DNA from: Candidatus Thorarchaeota archaeon
GTDB taxonomy: Archaea; Asgardarchaeota; Thorarchaeia; Thorarchaeales; Thorarchaeaceae
Assembly: GCA_003345555.1 (NCBI GenBank)
Contig: PRDJ01000040.1
Location: 1-22,040, forward strand
DNA length: 22,040 nt
Direction of reading: 5' to 3'
The translations under genes and the position numbers were made by a program. Below, piece by piece: positions 21,440 to 22,040 of this stretch (positions within the stretch are counted from its first letter, which is position 1; each line of letters starts with the position of its first letter). The notes under the pieces are model-generated. The model was not told the DNA's origin, ran no database searches, and saw only the letters and a program-made list of their open reading frames with translations.

Positions 21440-21484
21440 GTATTGCATACCCCCATCCATTGGACGTTCATCCAGCGGAGTTGC

Positions 21485-21673
21485 TTAACATTTGAAAACA
21501 ATCTCCACGCGAAACGTACCCCGGCCAAGGAATTGCCTTCCAGGCCATGAGAACCGTCGCCTGGCAGGAACGTTGTTTGATGGGTGAAACCGAAAGGCAT
21601 TAATGTTATGGATGCATAATGTTTCACCCGGTAGAACGTGCGCGCGTTCTACCTCTCCAACATGGAGAGGCAT
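21485..21673 (-). CDS. Putative small hypothetical protein, 62 aa
   Basis: MPLHVGEVERAHVLPGETLCIHNINAFRFHPSNNVPARRRFSWPGRQFLGRGTFRVEIVFKC, preceded by RBS-like GAGGTG 8 nt before the ATG; co-oriented between map and the tRNA. No family recognised. Confidence 0.3.
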   Translation of the reverse strand: MPLHVGEVERAHVLPGETLCIHNINAFRFHPSNNVPARRRFSWPGRQFLGRGTFRVEIVFKC

Positions 21674-21859
21674 TACCAACACACCTCGCCATTTCCTCCA
21701 GAATTTCGAACCACCCACAACTTTTTCACAAAAGAGGTGTTCGTCGTGCCTCTCCACTCAGCTTTTTTCTGATCGGTTCGATGCTACGGCGATTGACGAG
21801 TCTACGAAGATCCATCTACGCCTGACCTGTAGTGCATCCCCCGCCACAGACCAGAACTC

Positions 21860-22040
21860 CTAGGTCAACTGCTCGCATCCGTCGGAAGTAACGAGCACGC
21901 TGTGCTCCGCCTGGGCGACGATTCCGGCTGCCGTGTCGGTGAGGACCGGATAGTTCATGACGATGCCCAGTCGGAACATCTTGCGCAGGAACGCCTGTGC
22001 GTCTGGATCCAGCTTATCGCACCATCTGCCTGCGAACGGG
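21860..22040 (-). CDS. map: Type II methionine aminopeptidase, C-terminal 59 aa (runs off window edge)
   Basis: Hand translation PFAGRWCDKLDPDAQAFLRKMFRLGIVMNYPVLTDTAAGIVAQAEHSVLVTSDGCEQLT* contains the MetAP2 PF..RW, YPVL and AQ.EH(T/S)V.V motifs. Confidence 0.92.
   Translation of the reverse strand, partial: PFAGRWCDKLDPDAQAFLRKMFRLGIVMNYPVLTDTAAGIVAQAEHSVLVTSDGCEQLT

Overview
This is a 22-kb archaeal chromosomal window, probably Thermoplasmatota (inferred from GGTGA/GGAGG ribosome-binding sites, TTTAWA TATA boxes, a CCA-less tRNA-Leu and a type II methionine aminopeptidase). The left ~6 kb looks like core genome. It holds a flippase (partial), a class I/II aminotransferase, a cytochrome b5-like protein, a Rieske ferredoxin, an ArsR regulator, two small hypothetical proteins and a divergent pair of saccharopine-dehydrogenase-family paralogues. 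The right end holds tRNA-Leu(CAA) (21321-21405, minus) and the 3' end of map. Between them (~6.5-21.3 kb) lies an accessory region downstream of the tRNA. Its cargo is a clostripain C11 peptidase, a radical SAM protein, an M28 peptidase, a 1626-aa beta-helix surface protein, a flavodoxin, an S9 peptidase and a membrane protein, in mixed orientations, with no integrase or transposase. The most notable signal is non-coding. (1) The tRNA 3' end plus trailer recurs as direct repeats at 17699-17722 (24 bp) and 8578-8595 (18 bp), with degenerate remnants at 17854 and 17774; the three long copies each sit beside an AT-rich imperfect palindrome. (2) A family of degenerate 27-44 nt hairpins (minus-strand consensus ~CTC-R-GAAA(A/G)GACC-N0-5-GGG-R-GGAAAGGCG) occurs in nearly every intergenic spacer of this region, almost always in the same orientation regardless of gene direction, and I did not see it in the core part. 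Together these suggest a tRNA-anchored, recombinase-less gene-cassette array; that reading is inference. All alignments and counts were done by eye, with no database searches.
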